From: an uncultured Lachnospiraceae bacterium
Lineage (GTDB): Bacteria; Bacillota; Clostridia; Lachnospirales; Lachnospiraceae
Direction: 5' to 3'
NCBI GenBank assembly: GCA_949012915.1
Contig: CARLBU010000004.1
Location: 1-15,313, forward strand
Length of the DNA: 15,313 nt
Shown here: one piece after another, positions 1 through 7,548 of the stretch
Layout of the letters: every line of letters starts with the position of its first letter
How positions within the stretch are numbered: position 1 is the first letter of the stretch
Position numbers and translations under genes: made by a program
Notes under the pieces: generated by a model
Databases searched by the model: none
What the model was told of the DNA's origin: nothing
The model's input: the letters and a program-made list of their open reading frames with translations, nothing else

Positions 1-322
1 AGCGGTTAGGGCGTTTGCGCTGCTTGCGTAGCTCCTGCACACGCTCCCATGTGTCACGGTCTATGATTGGCTCGTGGTGGTTCTCAAAGATTGCCTGTTT
101 TTCTTCGGGGTTCTCCTTGCTCTGTTTTACCTTGTAGGACACTTTCTCGGTCTTGAAGTTCACAAGGCAGCCCGTGTATTCCCGGTTTTCAAGGATATGC
201 GCCACGGTGTTTGTCGCCCACTTGCACTCATAGCCGGGGTGGTAGCGGCGTGTGCTTCCCGTCCGGCGGTATTCTAGCGTTCCCGGTGTGGGGGTCTGCT
301 GTTCCGTCAAGACACGGGCTAT
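1..322 (-). pseudogene. Large serine recombinase, internal fragment. Only the recombinase domain is present. The N-terminal catalytic domain is missing, and the C-terminus runs off the window.
   Basis: The minus-strand frame is open from 322 down to 2. It translates to ...RYHPGYECKWATNTVAHILENREYTGCLVNFKTEKVSYKVKQSKENPEEKQAIFENHHEPIIDRDTWERVQELRKQR..., which matches the TnpX/CcrB-type recombinase-domain pattern (Y.G...ENHHE.II....W..VQ). Upstream the frame is closed by a stop at 323-325. There is no room for the ~150-aa resolvase domain before the plus-strand gene at 400. GC is about 58% against about 40% for the neighbours. Confidence 0.6.
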
Positions 323-348
323 CTAATGTGGAAAAATCTGCTTTTGTG

Positions 349-357
349 TGATATACT
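349..357 (+). promoter_or_regulatory. Extended -10 promoter element (TGaTATACT) for the methyltransferase gene
   Basis: tgtgATATACT lies about 45 nt upstream of ATG 400. An RBS (aaaggaaacataATG) precedes the start. Confidence 0.35.
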
Positions 358-399
358 GGTCTTGTAAAAAAACACTGTTCTCATGAGAAAGGAAACATA

Positions 400-972
400 A
401 TGAAAATTATAGGATTACTGATACTTGCCGTGTTTTATGCAGTCTACATCAGCAAGATGATATTGCAAAAAAGAAAAGGCATACAGACAGACCAGATAGC
501 AAAAGGCAAGCAGAAAACAAAGGTATTCTACATTGAGCTGGCTATGAAAATAGCTACTTATTCCGTGGTTGTGGCGGAAGTCCTCAGCCTGTTCTTTGCA
601 CCTCCATTTCTGCCGCAAACGCTTGTTGCTGTTGGTGTGGTTCTTGGATTTATTGGAGATATTCTTTTTACTGTATCAGTCGTAACAATGAAAGACAGTT
701 GGCGGGCTGGCATAGCAGAAAACGATAAAACAGAAATCATTACCGGTGGGATTTACCGCATAAGCAGAAATCCCGCCTTTTTAGCCTTTGATTGTGTTTA
801 TATAGGTTTGCTGCTTATAGCCTTTAACTGGGTTTTGCTGGTGTTTTCTGTTTTTGCCATGACAATGCTTCATCTGCAAATACTACAAGAAGAAAAGTTC
901 TTGTCAAAGGCATTTGGGGCAGAGTACAACGCCTACAAAAGCAAAGTCCGAAGGTATTTTGGACGAAAATAA
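400..972 (+). CDS. Isoprenylcysteine carboxyl methyltransferase (ICMT) / phospholipid methyltransferase (PEMT) family integral membrane protein
   Basis: 190 aa with multiple hydrophobic helices. It carries the family hallmarks GGIYRISRNPAF (RNP motif) and the C-terminal EE..L...FG.EY..Y...V.R. The RBS is good. Confidence 0.75.
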   Translation: MKIIGLLILAVFYAVYISKMILQKRKGIQTDQIAKGKQKTKVFYIELAMKIATYSVVVAEVLSLFFAPPFLPQTLVAVGVVLGFIGDILFTVSVVTMKDSWRAGIAENDKTEIITGGIYRISRNPAFLAFDCVYIGLLLIAFNWVLLVFSVFAMTMLHLQILQEEKFLSKAFGAEYNAYKSKVRRYFGRK

Positions 973-979
973 TTTCAGC

Positions 980-1174
980 TCACGCCGAGTAATGTATTTT
1001 TAGTCCGGCTGTGCTTTCCGCTTCCAGCACTTTCATCATTTTGTCGGTGGTGGCGGTGGTGTCCTGTTTGAAATAGCCCGAAACCACAAGGACGGTGTTC
1101 CCTCTGTGTACTTCTGTCACGCAATCCGGGCGGCGGGCGGTAGTGGCGGTGCTTCTGTTGGGGGTGTCGGTCAT
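980..1174 (-). CDS. Small hypothetical protein (64 aa), translationally coupled to the upstream IstB/DnaC-like gene
   Basis: Its ATG overlaps the stop of the 1171..1797 gene (ATGA overlap). GC is high like its partner. No recognisable motif. Confidence 0.4.
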   Translation of the reverse strand: MTDTPNRSTATTARRPDCVTEVHRGNTVLVVSGYFKQDTTATTDKMMKVLEAESTAGLKIHYSA

Positions 1175-1797
1175 AGGCTCTCCTTTCTGTTCAGCAGCAT
1201 TTTAAGGCGTTCCATTTTCGCCTGTGCTTTGGCTTTTCTGAAATTCTCCCCGGTAATGCAGACGGGGCAGCACATTTCTGTAAGGCGGTCATAAATGCGG
1301 GCGTGGGCGGTGTCCTCCGGGTTCTGCAATTCTTCCAGCGTGAGGTTCGTTGTCACGATTAACGGCTTGCCGCTGCGGTATCGGCTGTCAATCACGTTGT
1401 AAACCTGTTCAAGCCCGTATTCCGTGCCACGCTCCATGCCGAAATCGTCAAGGATAAGCAGGGGGAAGCTGCAAAGGCGGGAGATATATTCGTTGCGGTC
1501 TTTGAAGCTGGCGGCAGCTCCCGCAATACAAGTTTGACCGCATATCGTAACGGGGTATTCTTCATAGGGTGTTTCAAAATATTCGTTTGTTGTGCCTAAA
1601 GGGTAAAACTTTTCTTCTGTGAGGTATTCAAGGGATATTTCCTTTTGCCGCCGTCTGCTCCTGTCACGCCATGCGTTAATAGCCGCAAAGCGTATAACGG
1701 TCTTGCAATAGCTATTGAACGTATACATGATTGTTCTCTGTATGCTTCTGTGCAGGGCATAAATGATTCCCCCTTTCTCCCACATAGGGCGTTGCAT
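1171..1797 (-). CDS. IstB/DnaC-like AAA+ helper ATPase, the replication or transposition helper typical of ICE and IS21 modules, with a degenerate Walker A
   Basis: The motif LLILDDFGMERGTEYGLEQVYNVIDSRYRSGKPLIVTTNLTLEEL...AHARIYDRLTEMCCPVCITGENFR gives the Walker B, sensor and C-terminal pattern of IstB/DnaC. The expected P-loop position reads ICGQTCIAGAAAS, with no GxxGxGKT/S lysine. There is no obvious RBS at 1797, so the true start may be internal. Confidence 0.6.
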   Translation of the reverse strand: MQRPMWEKGGIIYALHRSIQRTIMYTFNSYCKTVIRFAAINAWRDRSRRRQKEISLEYLTEEKFYPLGTTNEYFETPYEEYPVTICGQTCIAGAAASFKDRNEYISRLCSFPLLILDDFGMERGTEYGLEQVYNVIDSRYRSGKPLIVTTNLTLEELQNPEDTAHARIYDRLTEMCCPVCITGENFRKAKAQAKMERLKMLLNRKESL

Positions 1798-1828
1798 GGT
1801 TTACGGTTGCATTTATATAATCTTCCGA

Positions 1829-2146
1829 TTATTCATTAACTCGCTCAACTTTGATAATTACAGGTCTTAATCCGTCATTGCATGAACAAATTGCCACACC
1901 TTTATGCTTGGGGTCAATCCAATCATCAGAGTACCAACCCTCTGCACCATTTGCCAATGCAAATACATACTGATAGATAGCTTTCCATGCTTCGTCACAA
2001 AAGCCCTCCGGCTTCGCATAGTCGGCATAGAATACCTGTCCTTCTTTCATCAAAGGACATATGCTTAAATTGGGAACGCCATATTCCTTTGCTAAATCTT
2101 CTTGAAGCGTTGTTTTCAAGATAGTTAATTTACATTTCTTCATCAT
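1829..2146 (-). CDS. TIGR04076-family small protein (function unknown)
   Basis: 105 aa. The pattern ...CP..KEGQ.F......P.GFC..AW..I...V..L..G.........G....C.DGLRPV..K.ER matches my recollection of TIGR04076 family members. It sits directly downstream of the flavoprotein gene. Confidence 0.5.
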   Translation of the reverse strand: MMKKCKLTILKTTLQEDLAKEYGVPNLSICPLMKEGQVFYADYAKPEGFCDEAWKAIYQYVFALANGAEGWYSDDWIDPKHKGVAICSCNDGLRPVIIKVERVNE

Positions 2147-2166
2147 TTTTCAAAGCCCCTTTTCAT

Positions 2167-2748
2167 TTATTCGTAAATTGCTTTTCCAAATTCATATGCT
2201 TCCCTTAAATGAGTGGTTTTTGAAATCTGAGGTTTCCCGTTTGTTTCACCACAACCACCAGCAAGCAACATACCTTTATCGTGAAAACCGATATAGTTTA
2301 TCAATGTAAACTTGTAGTAAGAAACAGCCTGCTCAAACGTCCAAAAAAAGTTATCAGCGGAAGTCATAAGCAAAGCACAATCATGTATGGGATATTTCTC
2401 ATATCGTCCCAAAGGTGGATTCTCGTCTTTTTCTGCTATACAGTAAAAACGTTCAATAAATGCTTTAATTTTTGATGATACAGTCCAGAAATATAAAGGT
2501 GACGCAAATACGATTAAATCCGCCGTTTTTATCTTTGGAACAAGTGAATTAAAATCATCTTTTTGTACACAAGATTTACCATAGCGACAGGCATTACAGC
2601 CTATGCAGCCATTTACATTCAGTTTGTTCAATGATACCATCTCTACTTGGTGTCCGGCTTCTTTAGCTCCGTTCATAAATGCTTCTGCTAACTGTGACGT
2701 ATTTCCATTGACACGCCCGCCGCCTAAAATAACTATTATTCTTTTCAT
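2167..2748 (-). CDS. Iron-sulfur flavoprotein / flavodoxin-like NAD(P)H-dependent FMN reductase family protein
   Basis: N-terminal MKRIIVILGGGRVNGNTSQL is a flavodoxin-like FMN phosphate-binding loop. CIGCNACRYGKSC is the compact CxxCxxCx5C Isf-type cysteine motif. RBS gggag lies 9 nt upstream of the ATG. Confidence 0.7.
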   Translation of the reverse strand: MKRIIVILGGGRVNGNTSQLAEAFMNGAKEAGHQVEMVSLNKLNVNGCIGCNACRYGKSCVQKDDFNSLVPKIKTADLIVFASPLYFWTVSSKIKAFIERFYCIAEKDENPPLGRYEKYPIHDCALLMTSADNFFWTFEQAVSYYKFTLINYIGFHDKGMLLAGGCGETNGKPQISKTTHLREAYEFGKAIYE

Positions 2749-2800
2749 GCTTTTTACTCCCTTGCTAAATATCGTTCTTTATGCTATTCTATATTCGCAA

Positions 2801-2832
2801 TGTCAAAAAGACAAGTACGCACTTTTTTGACA
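2801..2832. promoter_or_regulatory. Palindromic operator candidate (TGTCAAAAAG-N11-CTTTTTTGACA) in the divergent HxlR/flavoprotein intergenic region
   Basis: A 10/11-bp inverted repeat with an 11-bp spacer sits between the divergently transcribed regulator and flavoprotein genes. This is the classic arrangement for HxlR/MarR-type autoregulated pairs. Confidence 0.45.
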
Positions 2833-2859
2833 AATACTATCTTTAAGGAAAGTACCTAT

Positions 2860-3207
2860 ATGAGCATGGAAAAATTTGAAAAGAGAATTGCTTCTTTGAC
2901 TGATACTCCTTTTGGCTATACATTGTCTATGATTGGTGGAAAATGGCGGCTGGTTATTCTCTATTGGCTCGTTGAATACGACACAATACGTTTTAACGAA
3001 CTACAACGAAAAATCGGAACAATCACCTACAAAACATTAAGTACAGAGTTAAAGGCATTGGAAGCAGACGGACTTATTATTCGTAAAGAATATCCGCAGA
3101 TACCGCCAAAAGTTGAGTATAGTCTTTCAAATAAAGGACGTTCCCTCCTCCCCATTATGGAAAGTATGTGTCAATGGGGAACGGAAAACAGCGGAAAATC
3201 TTTTTGA
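2860..3207 (+). CDS. HxlR-family (MarR-like winged-helix) transcriptional regulator
   Basis: The sequence GGKWRLVILYWLVEYDTIRFNELQRKIGTITYKTLSTELKALEADGLIIRKEYPQIPPKVEYSLSNKGRSL is the HxlR signature. I place the start at ATG 2860 (RBS aaggaaag 7 nt upstream) rather than the ORF-track start at 2800, which lies inside the operator palindrome. Confidence 0.75.
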   Translation: MSMEKFEKRIASLTDTPFGYTLSMIGGKWRLVILYWLVEYDTIRFNELQRKIGTITYKTLSTELKALEADGLIIRKEYPQIPPKVEYSLSNKGRSLLPIMESMCQWGTENSGKSF

Positions 3208-3713
3208 CATAAAGGAATGAGAGAGGGATTTCATCATGCTTATCTTTTGATCTTTGGTTTCTTTGGTTAGGAATAGTGTAGTGCTGGCGGTCTATCTCTT
3301 GTTTTCGGTTGCTTGCTTCTTTACCGTACATGGGCATTTAGTCGTGGGATGAATTGTTCACAGGTGTTAATTAAATTTCAAGTAATAATGCTAAAAATAA
3401 TTGATATAACAACATACATCTGTTATCGTTTGTATAACGAGGTGATTCTATATGGAAGTGACTCATGGACGTAGATAGGTATATTCCATCCAATATCATA
3501 TTGTTTGGTGTATAAAATACAGGCATAAAATGATTACGGCTGATATAGAGAACTGTTTGATAGGGATAGTCAAATCGGATATTCGCAATCCGCTTTGACC
3601 AATGCAAAAATTCTAAAATTATTTTTAATAAAAAAAGAAAGAAGGAAATTTAACAAAAAAAAATAAGAATATACTGGAGCAAAGAGAAAAAAGTAGATTG
3701 TGAGACAATACAG

Positions 3714-3943
3714 CCAGAGTACTTGAAAGGGAACTGTGACTTCGGAGGAAAGTTAGAAGCTCTTAGACTTCTGTCAATCCACTAGGATTTTTTGCCATTC
3801 TCGAATGGCAAAAAAAGGGGTGTGTTTAGCCCGCTGTACGGGCGAATTGCACCCCGATCCGTCCGGTTGGATATGCCTAGATTCAGAAGTCTTAGAGCTT
3901 CTGCTTTTCGGAGAGCGGAACAGTTCCCTTTCAAGTACTCTGG
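3714..3943. repeat. Compound near-perfect inverted repeat and hairpin cluster (230 bp) of unknown identity
   Basis: 3714-3737 is the exact reverse complement of 3920-3943 (24 bp). 3756-3773 matches 3884-3901 as a reverse complement (18 bp, one central mismatch). The two arms are separated by symmetric 18-nt internal loops. The inner 110 nt carries a perfect 13-bp palindrome (3788-3815) and a GGGGTG...CACCCC hairpin with an inner GCCCG/CGGGC stem (3817-3855). Confidence 0.7.
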
Positions 3944-4018
3944 CGTTATTTCCGGGGAATTTTTTTTGGATATGAGTTTCTTCTGCTGTCTGAAAAGGTG
4001 GTATCTTTTTAGATGGTA

Positions 4019-4027
4019 TGTTATAAT
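4019..4027 (+). promoter_or_regulatory. Extended -10 promoter (TGtTATAAT) for addB-addA
   Basis: TGtTATAAT lies about 50 nt upstream of addB ATG 4078. The RBS is AGGAGG at 4066-4071. Confidence 0.45.
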
Positions 4028-4077
4028 AGAAAATAAGAATTTTTATAGCTGACTGGAATAAACAAAGGAGGGATTTC

Positions 4078-7000
4078 ATGTCATTACAACTGATTTTAGG
4101 CGGTTCTGGTTCGGGAAAATCGAGATATTTATATCAGGAATTAATTCGGGAGTCTATGGAACATCCAGAGAAAAATTTTTTATTAATTGTACCAGAACAA
4201 TTTTCTATGCAAACACAGAAGGATATTGTAGAACTTCATCCCAGACATGGTGTGATGAATATTGATATTTTAAGTTTTGGGCGGCTTTCCTATCGGGTTT
4301 TATCGGAAGTGGGAGCGGCACAGCTTCCCGTTTTGGATGATACCGGAAAAAATCTGCTGCTTCGGAAGGTGCTGGAGAATAAGAAGGAAGAGTTAAAACT
4401 TTATGGACAGAAACGGCATACACCGGGGATGGTAAGTGAGATAAAATCGGTTGTATCGGAATTTTATCAGTATGGAATTCGGGAAGAAGAGCAGGAGAAA
4501 ATGCTGGCATGTGCGAAAAAGAAACCGATGCTTTATGCGAAGTTAAGCGATATGCAGGTTATTATACAGGAATTTGAACGGTTTACAAAGGAGCATTATA
4601 TTACAAAAGAGGAGCAGTTAGATGTGCTTTGCCGAGTGATACCAGAGTCTAATATGGTAAAGAGAAGCAGTGTCTGGCTGGATGGTTTTACTGGTTTTAC
4701 ACCGATTCAGTATCAGTTGATTGGATTGTTATTGATGCTTTCTCCTAAAGTAACTCTGACAGTTACAATAGATGCACGGGAAAATCCCTATCGGATTGGC
4801 GGGGAGCAGGAATTATTTCATATGAGTAAAGAGATGATCTCCCATCTGATCCGTTTGGCGGAGGAACGGCAGATTCCTAAAGAGAAGGATATTGTACTGA
4901 CAGGGGAGGAACATCACCGATTCCGGCAGGCAGAGGCACTTTTTTGGCTGGAGAGGAATTTATTTCGTTATCCCTATCTGGCTTATAAGAAAAGGCAGGA
5001 GGCAGTATCGATTCATGTAGCGGGGAATCCGGCAAAAGAGGCGGCATATGTTGCCAGAGAGATTGTCAATTTAGTACGGGAACGGGGGTACCGCTATCGA
5101 GATATTGCAATTATAGCAGGGGATTTGGAAGGATATCGGGATAGTTTAGAGGAAGTGTTAAATGAAAATCAGCTTCCTTATTTTGTCGATCAGAAAAAGG
5201 GAATGATGGGAAATCCTTGTGTGGAGTTTATTCGCAGTACATTGGAGATGATAGCAGATAATTTTTCTTATGAGAGTGTTTTTCGTTATTTAAAAAGCAA
5301 TATGACTTCGATTGCACGGGAAGATGTAGATTTATTGGAAAATTATTGTCTGGCTATGGGGATTCGGGGACAGAGACAGTGGGAAAAACTTTGGGTACGC
5401 AGTATGAAAAAGGACGAGCCGCTTGAGTTAGAGCGGATGAATCAGCTTCGGGAGGCAGTGCTGCTGCCGATTCAGACCCTTTCTTCTGTCTGGAAGCGGA
5501 AAAAAGGAACCGTAAAGGAAAAGATAGAAGCATTATATGGGTTTTTAAAGGAAATCGGTCTGCAGGAGAAAATGGAAGCATATGAGAGTACATTTCGGGA
5601 GCAGGGGCATTTGGCAAAGGAAAAAGAATATAAGCAGGTCTATCCGTTAGTAATGGAATTATTTGATAAAGTGGTGGGACTGCTGGGAGAGGAACAGATT
5701 TCGGCACAGGAGTTAAACGGGATTTTGGATGCGGGATTTGAAGAATTAAAAGTGGGATTGATTCCTCCTTCGATCGATCAGATTTTAATTGGAGATATGG
5801 AGCGGACTCGCCTGAATGAAATTCGGGTTTTGTTCTTTTTGGGATTAAATGACGGGATTATTCCTAAGAACAGTGGAAAAGGGGGGATGTTCTCACAGAT
5901 GGAGCGGCAGTTTTTAAAAGAAGAGAAGATTACGCTTTCTCCTACGCAAAAAGAAAATGCCTATATTCAGAAGTTCTATTTGTATCTGAATCTGACGAAG
6001 CCTTCTGAACGGCTGTATTTAAGCTACAGCAGAAATACTCAGGCGGGTGAAGCAATTCGTCCCTCTTATTTAGTCTATACGATAGAAAAATTATTTCCGG
6101 CACTGGAGCAGATGGACGAGGAAAAGAGAGAGAAAGAGCTGCAGCAGATTACAACACCAGAGGGAACATTACACTATTGGATTTCGAAGCTGTTAGAATT
6201 TAGTCAAAATCCGATTCAGCAGAATGCCGATCCCATTTTTTTGGAACTGACTTCTTGGTATGCGGGACAAGAAAATTGGAAGGGGCGAATGGATCAGCTA
6301 TTTGAAGCGGTTTCCTATCACAATACCGAAAGCGGAATAGGAAAGCTGGCAGCGGCGGCACTGTATGGACCGCAGCCGATTAATAGTGTAACTCGGTTAG
6401 AACGTTATGCTGCCTGTGCATTTGCTCATTTTTTAACCTATGGGCTTCGGCTTGCAAAACGTCAGGAATTTGAAATGGCAGCAGTGGATATGGGAAATCT
6501 GTTTCATAATTCGATTGAGCGTTATTCGAATAAGATAAAGGAAAACGGGATGAAATGGAGTATGGTGACCCCAGAAGATCAGCAGAAGATGGTAAAAGAA
6601 TCTGTGGAGGAGGCGTCCGCTGACTATGGAAATCATGTGCTGCAGAGTACGGCAAGAAATGCTTATTTTATTGATCGATTAGAGAGGATTGTAAATCGGA
6701 CAGTCTGGGCATTGAAGAAACAGCTGCAGAAAGGAAAGTTTGAGCCAGTTAATTATGAGGTCTTTTTTTCTCCTGCCGATCAGTTAGATGCCCTTACGAT
6801 TCCGATTTCGGATCAGGAAAATATGTACCTTGCCGGACGGTTGGATCGGATGGATCTCTATGAGGATGAAGAACATATCTATATTAAAGTAATTGATTAT
6901 AAATCTGGGGTTGCTGAATTTAATCTGTCCTCGGTCTACTATGGTCTGCAGATTCAGCTAGTAGTTTATATGGAAGCGGCAATGGAGACAGAACAGCGGA

Positions 7001-7548
7001 AGCGGGTGGAGAAAACCGTGATTCCTGCAGGAATTTTTTATTATAATATTAAAGATCCGGTAATTGAAGAGACAGAAGAGATGGGAGAGGAACAGATTGA
7101 AAGGGAACTGCTTTCTAAGCTAAAGATGAACGGATTAGTCAACCGTGCATCGGAAGTAATTGCACTTTTAGATTCCTCTATGGACAAACATTCTGATGTC
7201 ATTCCGATTAGTTATAATAAAGATGGGAGTTTAAGTAAAAATTCTTCTGCTGTCGATACCAGGCAGTTTGAAGCAGTATCCGCTTATGTACGAAATCGGA
7301 TACGCCAAATGGGAGCAGAAATATTAGATGGAAATACACAGATTTCTCCTTATCGGAAGGGAACCGAAACCGGATGTGATTACTGTGAATTTCGGGAGGT
7401 CTGCGGATTTGACGAAAAGAGTACAGGATATGAATACCGAAGACTGCATGAGATGGACAATGAGGATATTTTACAAAAGATGCAGAAAGAAGTAGAGGAA
7501 GCAGCGGGACAAATGATTCGGATAGAGGAGGGAGAAGAGTGGCAGTAA
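4078..7548 (+). CDS. addB: ATP-dependent helicase/deoxyribonuclease subunit B (AddB/RexB)
   Basis: 1156 aa. The N-terminal GGSGSGKS is the degenerate AddB Walker A. The C-terminal RecB-family nuclease domain has the Fe-S cysteine cluster (GCDYCEFREVCGFD). Size and gene order immediately upstream of addA are as expected. Strong RBS. Confidence 0.9.
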   Translation: MSLQLILGGSGSGKSRYLYQELIRESMEHPEKNFLLIVPEQFSMQTQKDIVELHPRHGVMNIDILSFGRLSYRVLSEVGAAQLPVLDDTGKNLLLRKVLENKKEELKLYGQKRHTPGMVSEIKSVVSEFYQYGIREEEQEKMLACAKKKPMLYAKLSDMQVIIQEFERFTKEHYITKEEQLDVLCRVIPESNMVKRSSVWLDGFTGFTPIQYQLIGLLLMLSPKVTLTVTIDARENPYRIGGEQELFHMSKEMISHLIRLAEERQIPKEKDIVLTGEEHHRFRQAEALFWLERNLFRYPYLAYKKRQEAVSIHVAGNPAKEAAYVAREIVNLVRERGYRYRDIAIIAGDLEGYRDSLEEVLNENQLPYFVDQKKGMMGNPCVEFIRSTLEMIADNFSYESVFRYLKSNMTSIAREDVDLLENYCLAMGIRGQRQWEKLWVRSMKKDEPLELERMNQLREAVLLPIQTLSSVWKRKKGTVKEKIEALYGFLKEIGLQEKMEAYESTFREQGHLAKEKEYKQVYPLVMELFDKVVGLLGEEQISAQELNGILDAGFEELKVGLIPPSIDQILIGDMERTRLNEIRVLFFLGLNDGIIPKNSGKGGMFSQMERQFLKEEKITLSPTQKENAYIQKFYLYLNLTKPSERLYLSYSRNTQAGEAIRPSYLVYTIEKLFPALEQMDEEKREKELQQITTPEGTLHYWISKLLEFSQNPIQQNADPIFLELTSWYAGQENWKGRMDQLFEAVSYHNTESGIGKLAAAALYGPQPINSVTRLERYAACAFAHFLTYGLRLAKRQEFEMAAVDMGNLFHNSIERYSNKIKENGMKWSMVTPEDQQKMVKESVEEASADYGNHVLQSTARNAYFIDRLERIVNRTVWALKKQLQKGKFEPVNYEVFFSPADQLDALTIPISDQENMYLAGRLDRMDLYEDEEHIYIKVIDYKSGVAEFNLSSVYYGLQIQLVVYMEAAMETEQRKRVEKTVIPAGIFYYNIKDPVIEETEEMGEEQIERELLSKLKMNGLVNRASEVIALLDSSMDKHSDVIPISYNKDGSLSKNSSAVDTRQFEAVSAYVRNRIRQMGAEILDGNTQISPYRKGTETGCDYCEFREVCGFDEKSTGYEYRRLHEMDNEDILQKMQKEVEEAAGQMIRIEEGEEWQ

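Noticed and set aside
74-277. Plus-strand ORF of 67 aa at 74..277
   Set aside because: It is antisense to the much better supported minus-strand serine-recombinase reading frame, which has recognisable motifs. It has no RBS and a low-complexity hydrophobic product.
1106-1839. Plus-strand ORFs 1106..1294 and 1645..1839, and minus-strand ORF 1392..1577
   Set aside because: They are alternative frames within or antisense to the IstB/DnaC-like gene and its coupled small ORF. They have Gly/Ala/Arg-rich products, as expected from GC-rich reverse frames.
2800-2859. Upstream ATG at 2800 as the HxlR start, giving 135 aa
   Set aside because: That ATG lies inside the operator palindrome and has no RBS. 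ATG 2860 has AAGGAAAG 7 nt upstream and gives the typical ~115-aa HxlR length.
3208-3712. Possible decayed gene or riboswitch in the AT-rich stretch, including ORF 3371..3607 (-) and a 17-codon peptide ORF at ~3218
   Set aside because: About 70% AT with no RBS. The translation is rich in Asn/Ile/Tyr with no motif. Nothing resembles a known riboswitch core. This is most likely non-coding spacer, although a small protein cannot be excluded without ribosome-profiling evidence.
3714-3943. Retron msr/msd, group II intron fragment or riboswitch as explanations for the structured element upstream of addB
   Set aside because: No reverse transcriptase or intron ORF lies nearby. The stems are perfect over 18-24 bp, which is unlike riboswitch aptamers. 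No conserved riboswitch core sequences were recognised.
3774-4079. Overlapping ORFs at 3774..4079 (-) and 3792..4052 (+) from the ORF track
   Set aside because: Both lie entirely within the structured inverted-repeat element and the addB promoter and RBS. They have no RBS, an odd Arg/Ser-rich composition, and overlap each other. They are artefacts of palindromic sequence being open on both strands.
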